In this document: piece by piece, positions 25,941 through 39,757 of the stretch
Position numbering within the stretch: position 1 is the stretch's first letter
Layout: every line of letters starts with the position of its first letter
DNA from: Amoeboaphelidium protococcarum X5
Taxonomy: Eukaryota > Fungi > Aphelidiomycota
DNA length: 64,000 nucleotides
Reading direction: 5' to 3'
Assembly: GCA_023515725.1 (NCBI GenBank)
Contig: JALDTO010000154.1
Coordinates: 316,407-380,406 of the forward strand
The notes under the pieces: model-generated
Seen by the model: only the letters and a program-made list of their open reading frames with translations
Told to the model about the DNA's origin: nothing
Database searches by the model: none
Position numbers and translations under genes: made by a program

Positions 25941-27740
25941 TCACGTTCCGACATACTGAGGACCGCCACCACCTTGAGGCACGACCCAGTTTATGTTCTG
26001 TGATGGATCCTTGATGTCACAAGTCTTGCAGTGAACACAATTCTGCGCATTGATCTGCAGGCGCTTACCACCAGATCCATCCTCCTTCTCTACATACTCA
26101 TAAACACCTGCTGGGCAGAATCGGTTCTCTGGACCATCGAACACGGCTAGATTCCTATTCACTGGCACATCCTTGTCCTTGAGAGTGAGATGAACAGGCT
26201 AGTCGTGATCATGATTAGTACCAGATCGGGTCAAGTTGGTGAGCAGATCAAAGCTGAGCACACCATCCGGTTTAGGATACTCTATGCGCTTAGACTCTGC
26301 GGCTGGCTTCAGACAAGCATAATCAGGAGGTCCATGCTTAAAGGTGACCGGCAATTTGCCTCTAAACAGAATCGTCTCCAATCCAGACCACAATACACCT
26401 CCATAGAGTCCTTTGAACGAGTGAAAAGCAGGACGGCAGTTGCGAATAGCCCACAATTCCTCCCATACCCACGACTCTTTCAATGTCTTTTCATACTCAG
26501 AAAGTTCAATAGCAGATGATGATGATGATGAACCTGCAGACTCTTCAGATGCGCCGCTAAGAGCATTGAAAGCAGCTTCTGCAGCTAACATTCCACTCTT
26601 CATCGCCGTATGAGTGCCCTTAATCTTTGGCACATTGACAAATCCGGCAGAGCAGCCAATAAGTGCACCACCTGGGAAATACAGTTTAGGTACACTCTAC
26701 ACACCACCCTCATTAATAGCACGAGCACCATAAGCAACACACGTTCCGCCCTCCAAGTACTATCTAATAGACGGATGATGCTTGTATCTCTAAAACTCCT
26801 TGTACGGACTCAGATACGGATTAGTGTAATCCAGGGCAACTACAAAGCCAACATAAATCTTGTTACCATCTGCATGATACAAGAACGATCCTCCGTATGT
26901 ATTAGAGTCTAGAGGCCATCCAAGACTGTGAACCACCAATCCGGGCTGGTACATCTTGTTTTTTTCTGGATCAATCTCCCACACCTCCTTAATTCCAATA
27001 CCATAAGTCTAATGCTGACAGTCTTTGCGCAAGTCAAATTTATTGATTAGCTCTTTTGACAGCGAACCGTGAACACCTTCACCAAATAGAGACAGCTTGG
27101 CATGAAATTCCATTCCACGTTCGAACGAGTCTTTAGGCTTACCATCACGGGCAATACCAACATCATTAGTAGCGACACCTTTTACATTTCCATTGTCATC
27201 ATACAACACCTCACTAGCAGCTATTCCGGGATATACCTCAACACCCAACTCTTCCGCCTGGTCGCCCAACCACTAGGTGACCTCTGATAGACTAACTATA
27301 TAATTACCCTTATTCGACAGGGATGGAGGATGCGGTAGAGGAAGCGAAGACTTTTCAGAGAGATAGAGCATTTTATCTTTAAGTGCAGGCTGTCTTAGAG
27401 GAGCACCGCGGCCCTTCCAATCTGGGATAAGCTCATTCAGAGCCCGTGGTTCCAACACACAGCCAGACAGAGTGTGTCTACCGATCTCTGCCGCTTTCTC
27501 CAACACTACAACTCTTAAATCCTTATTCTGCTCGTTGCACAGCTACTTGAATCTAATCGCTGCTGATAGCGATGCAGGTCCTCCACCAACGATGACAATA
27601 TCAGTTTCGTCAACCGGTCTCTCTGCCTCAATCTTTGAGCCGAGCACAGACATTGGACCCTCTGCATAGGAACTTTAGAATCTTTTGGCACATACCGCTA
27701 GCGATTTCTTGATTCTAGACGCTGTAGTCAATCTCTTCAT
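25941..27740 (-). CDS. ETFDH: Electron-transfer flavoprotein-ubiquinone oxidoreductase (599 aa)
   Basis: [63 protein letters not shown]. Confidence 0.96.
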
Positions 27741-28052
27741 ATTATAGCAGTCGATGTCACTTTTAAGCTATTACAATTTAAAAAAGTGTACAAGCTTTGC
27801 ACTGACTGACTGACGTTTATCGCTGCGCGCAGTTCTAAATGGAAAGGAAGATCGAAAATCCGTGCGCTGATCAAAAACTATTCAAACAACCTGCTGTTAC
27901 GATATGACTTTTTTTATCAACACCAATAGCTTTTTAGAAATCATTTAAAATAGCAAATAAAACTAAATTAAATGCCAAGTTGAGATTGTATATTAATCGC
28001 TCTTCTGAATAGCAGTAAAGTGAATTACAGCATTAAACGTGTAAAAAGAATA

Positions 28053-28920
28053 TCAGAAAATGACATCAGCATCATGTTCATCCTGGAGCAGATTAGGCCC
28101 GACCTGAGCAGGATCAACAGCGAAATTGCCGTCAGTGTTCATACGTACTGCATTCTTGGCCGCTTCCTGATCAGCGTGTGCCAGCATCTCTTTGTATGCA
28201 GCCTCCTTGGCCACCTTCTTCTTACCTTGCACCTTCTTGAGACGAAAGAACTCCTCTCTGTCCAGTTCATCCAATTCTGACTGAATGTATTTGATAGTGT
28301 TCTCTATTCTGGGGATAACCACGAATTCTATAGCATTAACTCTCCTGTTAGTAGCCTTGATCACCTCATCGAGGATTACAAATGCCGTCTACAAAGAGGC
28401 AATCTCAATCAGCAACTCTACCGACTTGACGTATGTCTCTTTACATCGCTGCACCTGAGCACCACCACGACCAAGCCCGGTCAATTCAAAGGCATTTCCA
28501 GGCTCATATTACTTTTCAAAGGCGGGAATCAATACACCGCTCACGTTCTCCTGCCGACTTTTGACTTTATAGTTGGCAGTCTTCACGTTCTCCCGCACCT
28601 GATATCCAATGTCACCGGCAGCGTATACAACTTGTGAGTATGAGAAGGAGGCAGTCTGCATCACCTGGCCCATCTGGCGCTTGAGATCATCAATCTTGTG
28701 CAGAATCTCTCTAAATCTCTTTGTCAAAGCCTCGCTCTTCCTCTTTAACAGAGAATGACCAGTCTGAGCACCTTTTAATTTGATCTTCATGTTGGTCAAA
28801 GCCCTACACATTAGAACGCAGTCATTGTTAATACAGTGATTGTTAGTGTCAATAGTGATCGATCGCCATAAAATAGTCTTACATCCTGGTAGGAAATATC
28901 GCAATTCTATTACTGCTCAT
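28053..28920 (-). CDS. VMA8: V-type ATPase subunit D; intron 28804-28882
   Basis: [33 protein letters not shown] (Q=TAG), [27 protein letters not shown]. Confidence 0.96.
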
Positions 28921-29203
28921 AATTACTCAATTATTTCAACTCAACTTTACTCTTATAACTATAATTATTTGATGAAAGGTCTAAATTACAAGTTAAAAGT
29001 GACTACTATGCTCAGCTATAACAGTATTCACTTGAAAGATGACGGTCAAGAGAAAGACAGGAGCGGGAGATCTCTCAGCGATTGCAATTCGGAACTTTAC
29101 TAAAGAGCGCATAAAGGAAGCTTTGTTAAAGCAAGATTAATTAATAACTATTAATTTAAAGGTTTTAATTATAAGCTCAAGAATCATATCTATTAATTAT
29201 GTA

Positions 29204-30487
29204 TCACTGATATTACCTTTGCTTTGTGAGAATTGACTAGATCTTGGCTAATTAATCCGCAGATAGACTGTGGCGCTCAATCTGCTCATCTTTTAGAACA
29301 AGCAAAGTATTCCCCAGTTCATACGGCAGATCGTCGTCCCACCGCGTTAATTTAAACTTTCCAAGACTACAGCCAGATATGACACTTTTACCTCGGCAAC
29401 ATTCATCAGCAATAAATGCTATATCAATCTCTGAGATTTTGATCAATTATTGCTACTACTCTTTAGGTATCGATTCCACAAGATCTCGCCACAACTACTT
29501 GTAAAACTTTGGTCTGTGCTCGATAGCTGCGCGGTCAACCGTGACACCACCCAACTCTGCAAGCACATGGGCAGCAATTGCAGTACCAAACATTGAAGGC
29601 AGAGGACTGACCACCGGGAGTGTACGAACGCGAAAGTTGGGCAGCGTTGCATAGTCACCTGCTTCTTCCGGCTTATCAGTTGGCAACGAGGAAATGGACA
29701 CCTATGGCTTTTCATCGGAGAATACCACTGTAATCGAGTCTAATACTCTTTCCAAGTGTTGAGGTTGAGGATAGAACTTCTTCAACTTTTACCGGACACT
29801 CTTGGCCAGACTATCACCCTTTACTTCAGCAAGAGTAGCTATGCGTACGCGAGTCGGATCAATCTTCATTGCACTTCCCATACTACTGATAACTTTGATA
29901 CCACGGTCGTAGCAGTATCGCAACAGATCCACCTTGGTATCGATATTGTCTATGCAATCAATCACGTACTCTGGATTTCCCGCAAGCAATTAATCAGCCA
30001 CATCCATCTAAAATAATTACACTTTCGCATCAATAGAACACTGAGGGAAAACCTGACGTGCAAAGCTTTTAATAGATTACACTTTAGGTAGACCAACATC
30101 AGATCTTAGAGCGGTGGCGTGTCGATTAAGTGATGACAGAGTGACTTGATCAAAATCTATAACTCTCAGCTTTTGTACGCCTGACCGAATTAAATTCACA
30201 GCACAGTGTGATCCAACACCGCCAAGTCCCACTACCACAATGAATGAATTTTTAATCCTATCCATACCATCTTGGCCAAAGAATTAATGATTACGCGTCA
30301 ATTACTCCTATTCTAATTCGATATTTCCTAAAGTGCCTCTATCACTTTTGCTGTTAGCTAGATCACTGCTTAAGCCTTGATGATTCGATTTCTTATTACT
30401 CTGCTGTTTATTAGCTATCACAGAGAACACTATCCAAGCAGCAGCAGCACCAGATAAAAATATAAGAGATGATCGATAATTGTCCAT
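29204..30487 (-). CDS. tRNA threonylcarbamoyladenosine dehydratase (ThiF/E1-like, TCD1/TCD2 family)
   Basis: N-terminal hydrophobic anchor, VVGLGGVGSH, IDFDQVTLSSLNRHA, DCIDNIDTKVDLL, VVFSDEKP, LPNFRVRTLPV..PLPSMFG. Confidence 0.92.
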
Positions 30488-30778
30488 TAAATAAATGATA
30501 TAGATATCGGATGGTTAATTGCCGCGTTTTAATGAAAGTTTGTCTTAACACGAAGACAACGTTCTCTCTCTTATCAGTGTGAATAAGATAAAGTCATGTT
30601 AAAAGTCTGTCGATTTAAGCTTGCTCGCCAGTAACCACTCAGACCGGATTTACAGCAATAACAATCATCAACAACAATAACACTAAATTCATATAAAATA
30701 CGATATCTATTATTCAATCGGTCAATATAGATTAGCTCAATTAGTCAATAAAGATCTCCTCATAGTAGAATTACATGC

Positions 30779-32688
30779 TCATACTCGCCAAGAATGATCC
30801 TTGACGCGTTTCTTGTTGTTTTTGTGATGCTTCTTACCACCTGCAGCGATATCCAGCATAGATGTAGTGGATCCAACGGCTGAACTGGCAGCCGCTACAG
30901 AGTCTCCATCACCGACGCCACTCCCACTTCCACCCATTATATATCCACTCTGATGCGGGAAATGATTCAGTCTTGAGAATCCAGGCACTTGCTTGTACTT
31001 GCCCGTGATCTTGACACCCACCGCACCACTATCCTAATCTTGAAAGAAGCTCTTATCAAAAGTCTTTGGAGCATGACGGCGCTCTTTTTAATTTACTACA
31101 GGTGATGAAGCAGATTCACTATATGTACTATGCTACGCCGTCTTCTTTGACTCAAGTTTAGCCTGTGCCTGTAGATAGACATCATGCAGACGACCACCTT
31201 CCTGGTACGAGAACTGATTAAACTATTCGGGATCATACTCACACCCAGGTGGAGGATAGACATACAATAATTCTCCATTCACATAAGCTTTCAATACAAG
31301 TCGGGCAGAGCGAGATTCGTCAGGATTACCTTGTCCAGATCTCATGAATCCTCTAGCCTAGGCAAGTGAGAGCAGCAAATCTTGTCCAGATATTTTCTTA
31401 TTCTAACTTTCATCAAGGAACCCATTAGAGCTAGTAACTGATATAGTGATACCGTACAAGTACTCTAGCAGCCACTTTGGAATTCGCGTAACCAACATCT
31501 CTGAAGGGGATCTGTAATCTCTGAGCTCATCGACATTCAGTACGCCATTGAGTACCATGTCTGCTTTCGTGGCTGCAAACGTCGGAAACACCAGACCAGG
31601 ACAATCACAGAGAGTGATCTGGGGATAAGACGGAATTACACCTTTCAACGTCTAAAAGTGCTTAGTCTTTCCAGGCGTGGCAGACACATTAACTTTCTTA
31701 TCCTGAATCAGAGCATTAATCGTGGAACTTTTACCAACATTAGGATACCCACATAATCCCACTACAACTTCCTTCTTGTCTGCTGGTGCAAATTGCAGCA
31801 AAATCTCACAGAGCTCATTGCAGCTGATAACATCACTGATTGACTTTGGCTATTCAACTTTCTGATCATCCACCTGCACATCATCTTGATCGTCTTCAGT
31901 GGCCTGTGAGGCTACATACGCGGAAAAGAAGGCGAATTTGATGCCTTGAGCCACAAAGTATTCAGCCCAAGATTCACGCTGCTACTTGCTCAAAAGATCT
32001 GCTTTATTCACCAGTAAAACATTAACTTTTGAACTATCAACCTCCACAACGTACTTTTCCAAATCCTCACTTCTATAGAATAGCGGATTCCTAGCATCTA
32101 GAATCTGAACAACAATATCACTTCTCTCCACTACTCTCCACAACTAACGCCACACCTCAAGATTCCTTTCATATGGTGTCATCAGCATCTTCTTCTCTTC
32201 CTCCAACACGGCCAGAGACTTTCGCCACTCTAGAAAACTATCACGCTCATTGCGATCGAGTTCATCAGCAGTAGTACTCGAATCCCAGTGTGGACGACGT
32301 GGCACTTTCAACTGATCTTGATATTGCGTCATTTTCTACTGCACTTCCTTCATCTTGGCATCGCTCATCACCAATGGATTATGAGTGTCATCAGAGGTGG
32401 ACACAATGTGCAGATTACGGCGCTCAGCAGTAAATTCAGTGCCAGCCAGTTCAGCATTTCTTAAAAACGCGTCCAGATCATTTTCCTGAGTAATTGATTA
32501 TAATTTCACAGACTTTGGTGTCTTGTCGATATCAGTGGTAAACTACACATCATCATATAAGTTACGGGATATCAATATAAATATATTAGCTGTAATCTTA
32601 CAAGTCTAGTGTCATCATCTCTGGGCCTCTACCCAGCAAATCTACTCTTAATTATAGCTCTACCCAGCTATTTACCGTTTTTGCCCAT
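30779..32688 (-). CDS. LSG1: Large-subunit GTPase 1; intron 32543-32601
   Basis: TPYERNLEVWRQLWRVVERSD, VNKADLL, GYPNVGKSSTIN, TPGKTKHFQT, LCDCPGLVFP. Confidence 0.95.
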
Positions 32689-32872
32689 ATTGGCTTGTAA
32701 ATTACCACTCTACCTACTTTTAAAAAGAAGAAAAAATTGTAAATTTTACCGCGAAGCGGTAAAATTACCAAGCAGGGGCTCACACCTGTTTAAACTTAAG
32801 GTCGAGCAGGAGATAAAATTGTAAAATTAGAGCTATCAAAATTAACTATTAGTACATTTGTGTCAAAGGTCA

Positions 32873-35800
32873 TCATTATTGGCGCTTTTGGATCTGCTTA
32901 AAAGCGCGCATATAGCCATTATATAGTGTATCCTTCTTCTTGATATCTTCTTTTGTTGGCTTTCGTTGCAGTTTAGAGCAGAAATCGTTTGAGTGGCCAT
33001 CCACAAATACAAACTAACCAGCCGCGTTTTTGCTCTTCTGAACTTCCAGACATGCGGCGCAGACATGGACACTCTTGTCTAAAAACAATTTACCTAAAGG
33101 ATCATCAATGTTATATTTACTTCGTGACACCTTCTTCACCAGCGCTTGCTCCGGCTCCGGCAAAATAAACTCATTCAGATCGAATCCATCAGGATGTAGA
33201 GGCAGCCTTCTAGGAGAATCAAACACAAAGAGAGCTGGAGGATCTGCAATTTGCGTGAAAGCAGGACCGCTGAGAAGCGCAGACATACTACCATCATCCA
33301 CAACATCTATCTCATGCACATGTTGAGAATCCAAAAGCTGCTGTATCAAAAACGCCTACTGATCAAAGCTTTCAGTGTCGTGACCATCAAGACTGAATTC
33401 TGAATCCAATTAACTAGCACCGGAGACAACAACCTCATTATTGCTAGCCTATAATACTTTCGATTCTTCAATTTGCGACAATTAAGCATCTTCTGATGAC
33501 TAAAGCGAAGGAACAGGATGCTGGAATACATGAATATTGTCATTCTGAAGATCATAAGAGAGCTTATTCAATTCATCCAAATGCTTCTGCATAAATTATT
33601 TAGCCTGCGCCTTCTAGTCCAGACGTTTTAAAAACTCCAACATATGACACTGATGCTTGAACCCAAAACTCTCGAGACCAGCGATAGGATCGTCCATCGA
33701 TTTCAGACGGAGTTCAATTTCTATATTCCACTTGGCTGTTAGTTCATTGACATTGATCATGTCACCGTTTTAGATCTGCCCCATCACCAATTCAATAAAG
33801 AGCTCAATTTCTTATTCGCTTTCGATTGATCTCGGCACCACAGCCGATTTTAAAGATTCGGAGTAAATGGGATCTAATACCACACTAACATCTCCGCTTG
33901 TGTCCAACTTTTTAATGAAATTCTGAAGCCACATCAGCTATAGGTCTGGAACCACCTCATCTATTAACTAAGAGCCTTCGACTTCTTCTTCATTTATAAC
34001 AGCAAAATTAGATTCTAAACTACTTTCTGGTACATCAAATATATCGGCAAATTGGTCTTCATCCGCAATATCACTGAAATGAACATTCTGTACGCCACTG
34101 AGACAACCAAAGCTTTCGACATCTTTCGATGTCATGGGAGTCCAAAACACTTTATACATAGGCTGAGCATCAAACAAATCCGGATATTGCTGTCTGATTG
34201 AGACAAGAGCTTGCATTAACCCAAAATCATGCATGCCGAAATTCGACATCAACTTAGATTTAGATGCCATTTTGCAATTCCATTGAAAGACCAAATCCAT
34301 CACCACTAAATCAGCTAGCTCTTATGACATTTATTTAGCCTTGATAGAGTTTCTCAAGTAGAAATGGAAGCCTTCTTATTTAGAGCTCCCCCTCGCACAC
34401 TTCAACTTCAACAAGGAGGCGGATGCTGTGGACAGTTGACGATACAGATTCACGCCCGGTGGATCAGAAAGGCAGCCATTGAGTAGATGCTTCAACTAAT
34501 TCTGATGAGTTTCTAGAACAGATTTATTTATAAAATTTGGACACATGCCATGAAACTTAGTAACAACTTCATCAACACGAGCGGCGACTTTCTCAGCTTC
34601 AGGAATGATCCGTCTTATCCTACCACTAGCCAAATACTTTCTATACATCCAGTCCAACTACACGGGAGGAATCTACTTGTTACTCAGGTACTTCTTAACG
34701 GCCTCCACATCAGCCTAGCAATTGACAAATGTAGCATCAGACATAAACTGCAAAAATGATTTGTACAAAAAGTGATGTTTACTAACTTTGTAGCGATCAA
34801 TAAAATGGAAAGAGTCCAGCAAAACTCGCTAGTGCTTAGCGCCATCAGTTGGCTCAGTGGATACTTCAGCATTACCGGCATTATTTTACACATTCTCTTT
34901 ATTTTCACCATTGCTGTCGTTAGTCTCATTCACATTCTCCACTGCTGCAATCCCCAAATCTATTGCAGAAATATCATTTGCAGAAGGATTGCCGGAATTT
35001 GCGATACTTAATCCATGGTTCTAAGCAGCTTAATCAAACTCCACATCTAGCATCAACTAATCCAATCCTTCAGACGCAGAGAGAAGCAAACATTCATGCT
35101 GATAGTACAGAAGGAAAGACGCATACACGTCATCAACGGCGTATTAAATCTAAGCGGAGGACAATGATTGAGAGCTCCAGGGTGAGATGCGGCATGCATG
35201 TTTAAAACTCATGGTTTTTTATAAGTGCTCTTCACAAAGAGCCTGGAGATTGAGATTCACCGAGCCATATTGATCTTTGTAAATTTGCTCCACATCAACA
35301 AAGTTGAGAAGCGGCAGTCCAAAATCGCGCAATAATTTCAAACTATCACCTGAAATATTTACACCAGCTTTAATGACTTTAGATTGCATAAATTCCACCA
35401 GACACTGAGGCAACTCAGCAAAGAAAGAGAGTTATACTATAAGAGCGATCTTTCCGTCGCAAATCTGAATGACAGATGTCGGCCGCTCAGGAATCCCAGC
35501 TTTATGCACTTTGTCCCACTCCATGTCAAAACCCACAAAATTCTAATTCAAAGTTAGCAAGCGACGTTTCAGCTCTTCTTAACACTTAATTAATACCACT
35601 TCACCTTCAAACTATAGCGTTGACAGCGGCGCACGATGAGTCTCAGTAAACGGCTTCAACAGAGAAGGAAAGCACTACTAAAGAACTGCACGATCGTGAC
35701 AACAGTTGTCAGTGTAAAATATCTGCGGACCTCCCATGACATATCTCTAACTAATCTTACTCAGTTGCATTTGAATTTCTTTCAAACCTGTAGAATGCAC

Positions 35801-37295
35801 GAAATAGAAACCACAAACGAGTCCAAATTCATTCATTACAGAATAGCAGCCTTTAAACAAGCGATTTTGATTTTTAACAGGCACCTTAGCAATTTTGAAC
35901 GTATGATCACCACATAATATCTCGCCCTTAACCGACATTAATGTGTTAGACTTGTCCTGATGTACAGCTGATTGCCGCTCCTTGTATGCCAAAATGAGAC
36001 TAGGCTAAGAAGGAACCTGGCCACCGTATCCAGCACAATTAGAGTAACTGCCAAAATCTTAAACTTTCTTATTGTTACAAAACATAAATTTGGCGCCATA
36101 TTTAAGCTACTAGATGGAATAAGTCTCAAAGCTAATTCTTTGCATTGAGTATACAGAATTATTAATTTCCTAATACAAATGTTAAAAATCTTAGAATGAC
36201 TGCGAGTGGATGATTTAGCGGCAAAGCATCAGTAACAATGTATTGTCAATAGCCACCTTTGGATATACGACACACGGCAATTAGTTTTATACGAATAATG
36301 GCAGCTTCTTAACAACATCCCGATCGTATCCACAGAACTACTTCGAGCAGGCCTTGCAGCGATAGCGCAAACACACTATAGAATACTCGCGACCAATTGC
36401 TGATACGGTTCTCGGTCCACATTTGTTCCACCCGATTTAAACCACACTACCTTCTCCAGCGTTACAAGATTCATTTGGACATTACAGATGGCGAACATGT
36501 TCCCAAAAGAACAACTCAGGAATCCAAAAGAAACACCTAACACGGTGCCAATCCTATGCATCAATACTTTTAGAGAGCAAAGGATTCGGTGGATCCACAA
36601 AGATATTCTCCCAGTTTGGAGTCATAGCAGGACGACAATCACATGGAGTAGGATTCTTCAACTGAGTGTTACAAGATTTTCCTCTGCCCTTCTTACTCAG
36701 GTCACCCTTTTAGAATCTATGTATATCATCCACATGCTTTCTCAACCAGCTGTACTTATCATCCTTCAGCCATGATAGATGGCCTTTCTCCTCCTCATCT
36801 TCCTAGATAACTGTACCCTACACATTTTGAGACGAACTCTAAGTTACAATTCCAGTCGTGCTGTCTTGATTCATAGAGATAGAATCAGTGAGATCCACAA
36901 TTTGACTTCGGACATTCTACTACAGGCGGACAACATTCTCCGTTCCTTGAATTTAAACCCCAAAGCTCAATTTCTATTGTGCTACACTATCGCTGTTAGA
37001 TGACTTCTATAAAGAACTTCCACCGAAGTTGAGCTTGGTAGAATCTTTCATTTAGCACTACAAAGATTGGTGATTGTTAAGTATAGAACACTCTAAAACG
37101 ACTTACAATCTTTCGATGATTGTATTAATTCTAATACGAATATCTTTTGTTGCAATGTGGGCAAGTCCAGCTATCGGACTTGCGCACAGGACCAGGAGTA
37201 ATCTTCTACTTCTTCAGTTTCATGCGGAGACCACCAAACTCTCTCAAATGATTAGTTAATGCAGTGAATCGAGCTACACACGCATACTTTTTCAT
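32873..37295 (-). mobile_element. Intact Dada-type DDE transposase ORF with inserted DEDDy 3'-5' exonuclease (~1,457 aa; intron 37058-37106)
   Basis: TGA-free after removing a 49-nt GT-AG intron that completes an N-terminal CPHC..H..C finger. Core motifs GDHTFK (D1), FYTDNCC (D2), LLDSFH (DxxH), GCLSDPPG, CARGSSKQEGFH (E). Exonuclease motifs GFDMEW, GVNISGD, QIQYAVDD lie between D2 and DxxH. C-terminal CxxC..H..C. Confidence 0.82.
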
Positions 37296-37484
37296 CAAAA
37301 GCAATTATTAAAGAAAAGATAGAATTACTTCTTGATAAGTTAGATTTATTCTACAACAGTGGTTTACGTATTCTAACCACTAACTTTTAATGCAAAGTAG
37401 AATAGTTGCGACTCGTGGCTATTTGTTTCAGCGACTTGTCTCCGACACGATGATTTCTTTCGACGGCTCCGACATGAGCCCCCT

Positions 37485-37523
37485 GACTCCGACTCCGACT
37501 CCGACTCCGACTCTGACTCCGAC
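37485..37523 (+). repeat. (GACTCC)~6.5 tandem hexamer upstream of the transposase ORF
   Basis: gactcc x4, gactct, gactcc, gac; additional TCCGAC copies at ~37441 and ~37468. Confidence 0.9.
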
Positions 37524-37695
37524 ATTTTCTTTTGAGTAGATCTAACCTATACATCCCCATATTTCTCTCTCACTGTGATTTTAACGTTTTCAATTAAGAG
37601 AAAAATGAGATCGGCTTTTACGGAAATTAACGGCAAACTGCCTGATATCAGAAAAGCTATATAATACAAAACAATCATTATCTAACTGATGTTAA

Positions 37696-39249
37696 TCACC
37701 TAAACTGCATGGAAGAATCATTTGATGTGAACATTGTCCAAAGGCGCGAAGCACTGGAAGGACCTAATCGTCGTAGCTGCGGATTAGATGGATCGATAGT
37801 TCGCTCCACCACCATGTCACCTAAAACAACTTCAGCCTGTCTTGCACTTTAAATACCTCGGATTCTCCGTCTAAATGATGATACCGTGGGATACTGTCTA
37901 ACAATAGCCTATGCCACAGGAGGTGTTATTTTGAAAACTTGAAGCAGCATTCGGAGCCAGGTATCGGTTAGATCTTTACCACTTCCGCCAATGTCATCGG
38001 TGCAAATATTCTCATCAACAGCAAACGTTTTAACTAGAACATCAGGACCACTAGCAATCTCACGTGTAAGAGTCAATATCCATTCACTCACATTCTCACC
38101 CTTGTATACATTAATAACACGAACATCTGAGGAAATTTCCAACATTAGTAACGCGTTCTCAATTTCAAACTTCTTCACATTGAGGCCGTTGTTGAGTTAC
38201 AGCTACTAACCAGTTTTAAATGCGCGCTATAGTTCAACCTTCTACTTCCTAAAGTGCTGCTCAATGTCATAAACTATAAGTATAAGTTTTTTATTCGGAA
38301 AAGAACTCTTGATACTCTCTATTGTGACTGCAAGCTGACCACCACCTATAAGCTAAGCCAAGTTGCAGCCATCCATCAGATACGCGACAAATGGTTCTTT
38401 GTGGATATAAGGCGTGTCAATGGGATTGAACAGACCCGCTTACTGATCCCACACTCGCCTCGACTCACGTTCCCATAGAATCGTACGACTGTAAGAGTTG
38501 TTGACAACATTAATGCTGGCGCCCACGGCTTCCATTTGCACTCTGATCTCTTCAAGCTTATCCACTGGAGTCCGTGAATCAATCAGCAACGACATCTCTT
38601 GAACATTCTTGTTCTTGTCTATCGTGATAGCGTTGGCCTTCGCAATCGCCTTCTCCTATTCTTTGGCTTGTTTCAGTCGTTGTTTCTCCTCCTACTTGAG
38701 TCGTTTCTGTTCCTCTTTTGCACGTTGAGCTTCAAGCTTTTTCAAAAGTTTTTCCTGCGCCAGAGCTTCTTTATCGCCAGCATTATTACGCGACCGTTTC
38801 ACCTATTTACTGTTATGGATTGCACTATCAAAGCCAGCGGTGCTCTGGGAAAAGTTGGAGCGCGCATTACTGAGAGGCTGCGGTTGAGACGCGCTTTCAA
38901 AACTAAAATGAGGCCTCTCCTCAGCCATGCTCTAACTGAAACTAAATAACGTTGCAGCATTGTTAGCATTACTCGCAATGTCTTCAAAAGTTGGCAGGTC
39001 ATCATGATTATCATCTTCACCATCATTCAGCAGGCCATCATTATTCTCATTAAATGCATAGTCAGACTAGACAATGTCTATGCAGTCCATATCGTTTAAC
39101 GGTACAATGTCAGAATCTTGAGTAAAATCAAATTCAACCTCCACCTGGGAAGACTCTTTCACTTACTGAGAGTATATATTTTCATGCACGTTGACATCTT
39201 CTTCATTTTCACTGGACAGTAAACTGATGACTTCAATCTAGCCCTTCAT
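37696..39249 (-). CDS. EME1: Crossover junction endonuclease subunit EME1/MMS4-like (517 aa)
   Basis: Acidic N-terminus, K/E coiled coil, IENALLMLEI..WILTLTREIA, TWLRMLLQVFKITPPVAQAIVRQYPT, RRLGPSSASRLWTMFTS. Confidence 0.8.
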
Positions 39250-39757
39250 TGCTTCCACTATAGTGGCAAAGGGGTTCTCGCTTCAATCTAAATTTTGGCT
39301 CGCAGGAAAAGCGAGTAATTATCGGCCGAAACACTGAAAAGAAACTAACAAATTACAACGACTGCTCGGCGCACGTTATCAGGGAACCTTATAATTACTT
39401 TCTAGAATTCGACTTTAAATATGTATTGGTCTTTCCAGAAGAACACTATTTTTGCATTGTGGTTCAGATTCGCAAAACGGCTATCGATTATACTAACGTG
39501 GTAACACGGTATACAAGCTGCGTTGAGCAGCAGGAAATACACGTCAATAAGTGGTGCGCCTGAAATCGTACTGTAATCAGCAGACACGTAGCTGACAAAC
39601 GCCATTATCTGAAATTACATTAAAGAATAGGATTGCCTTCATAATGTGAAATCAAATAACGCTCGGTCTTGCGTAGCAATCAATTGAAACATTTTAAGCA
39701 GTCTCTTAATACATATATATTCATAGAAATTTTTTATATTGCATTAACATCATATCT

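Noticed and set aside
32767-32790. Possible tRNA T-arm remnant (CAGGTGTGAGCCCCTG on the minus strand) as a Dada target site
   Set aside because: The B-box has mismatches at invariant positions and no matching 5' tRNA half was found on the other flank.
32773-37485. CAGGGGCTCA / TGAGCCCCCTG as terminal inverted repeats
   Set aside because: Only ~10 bp, imperfect, with no target-site duplication; Dada elements are not expected to have TIRs.
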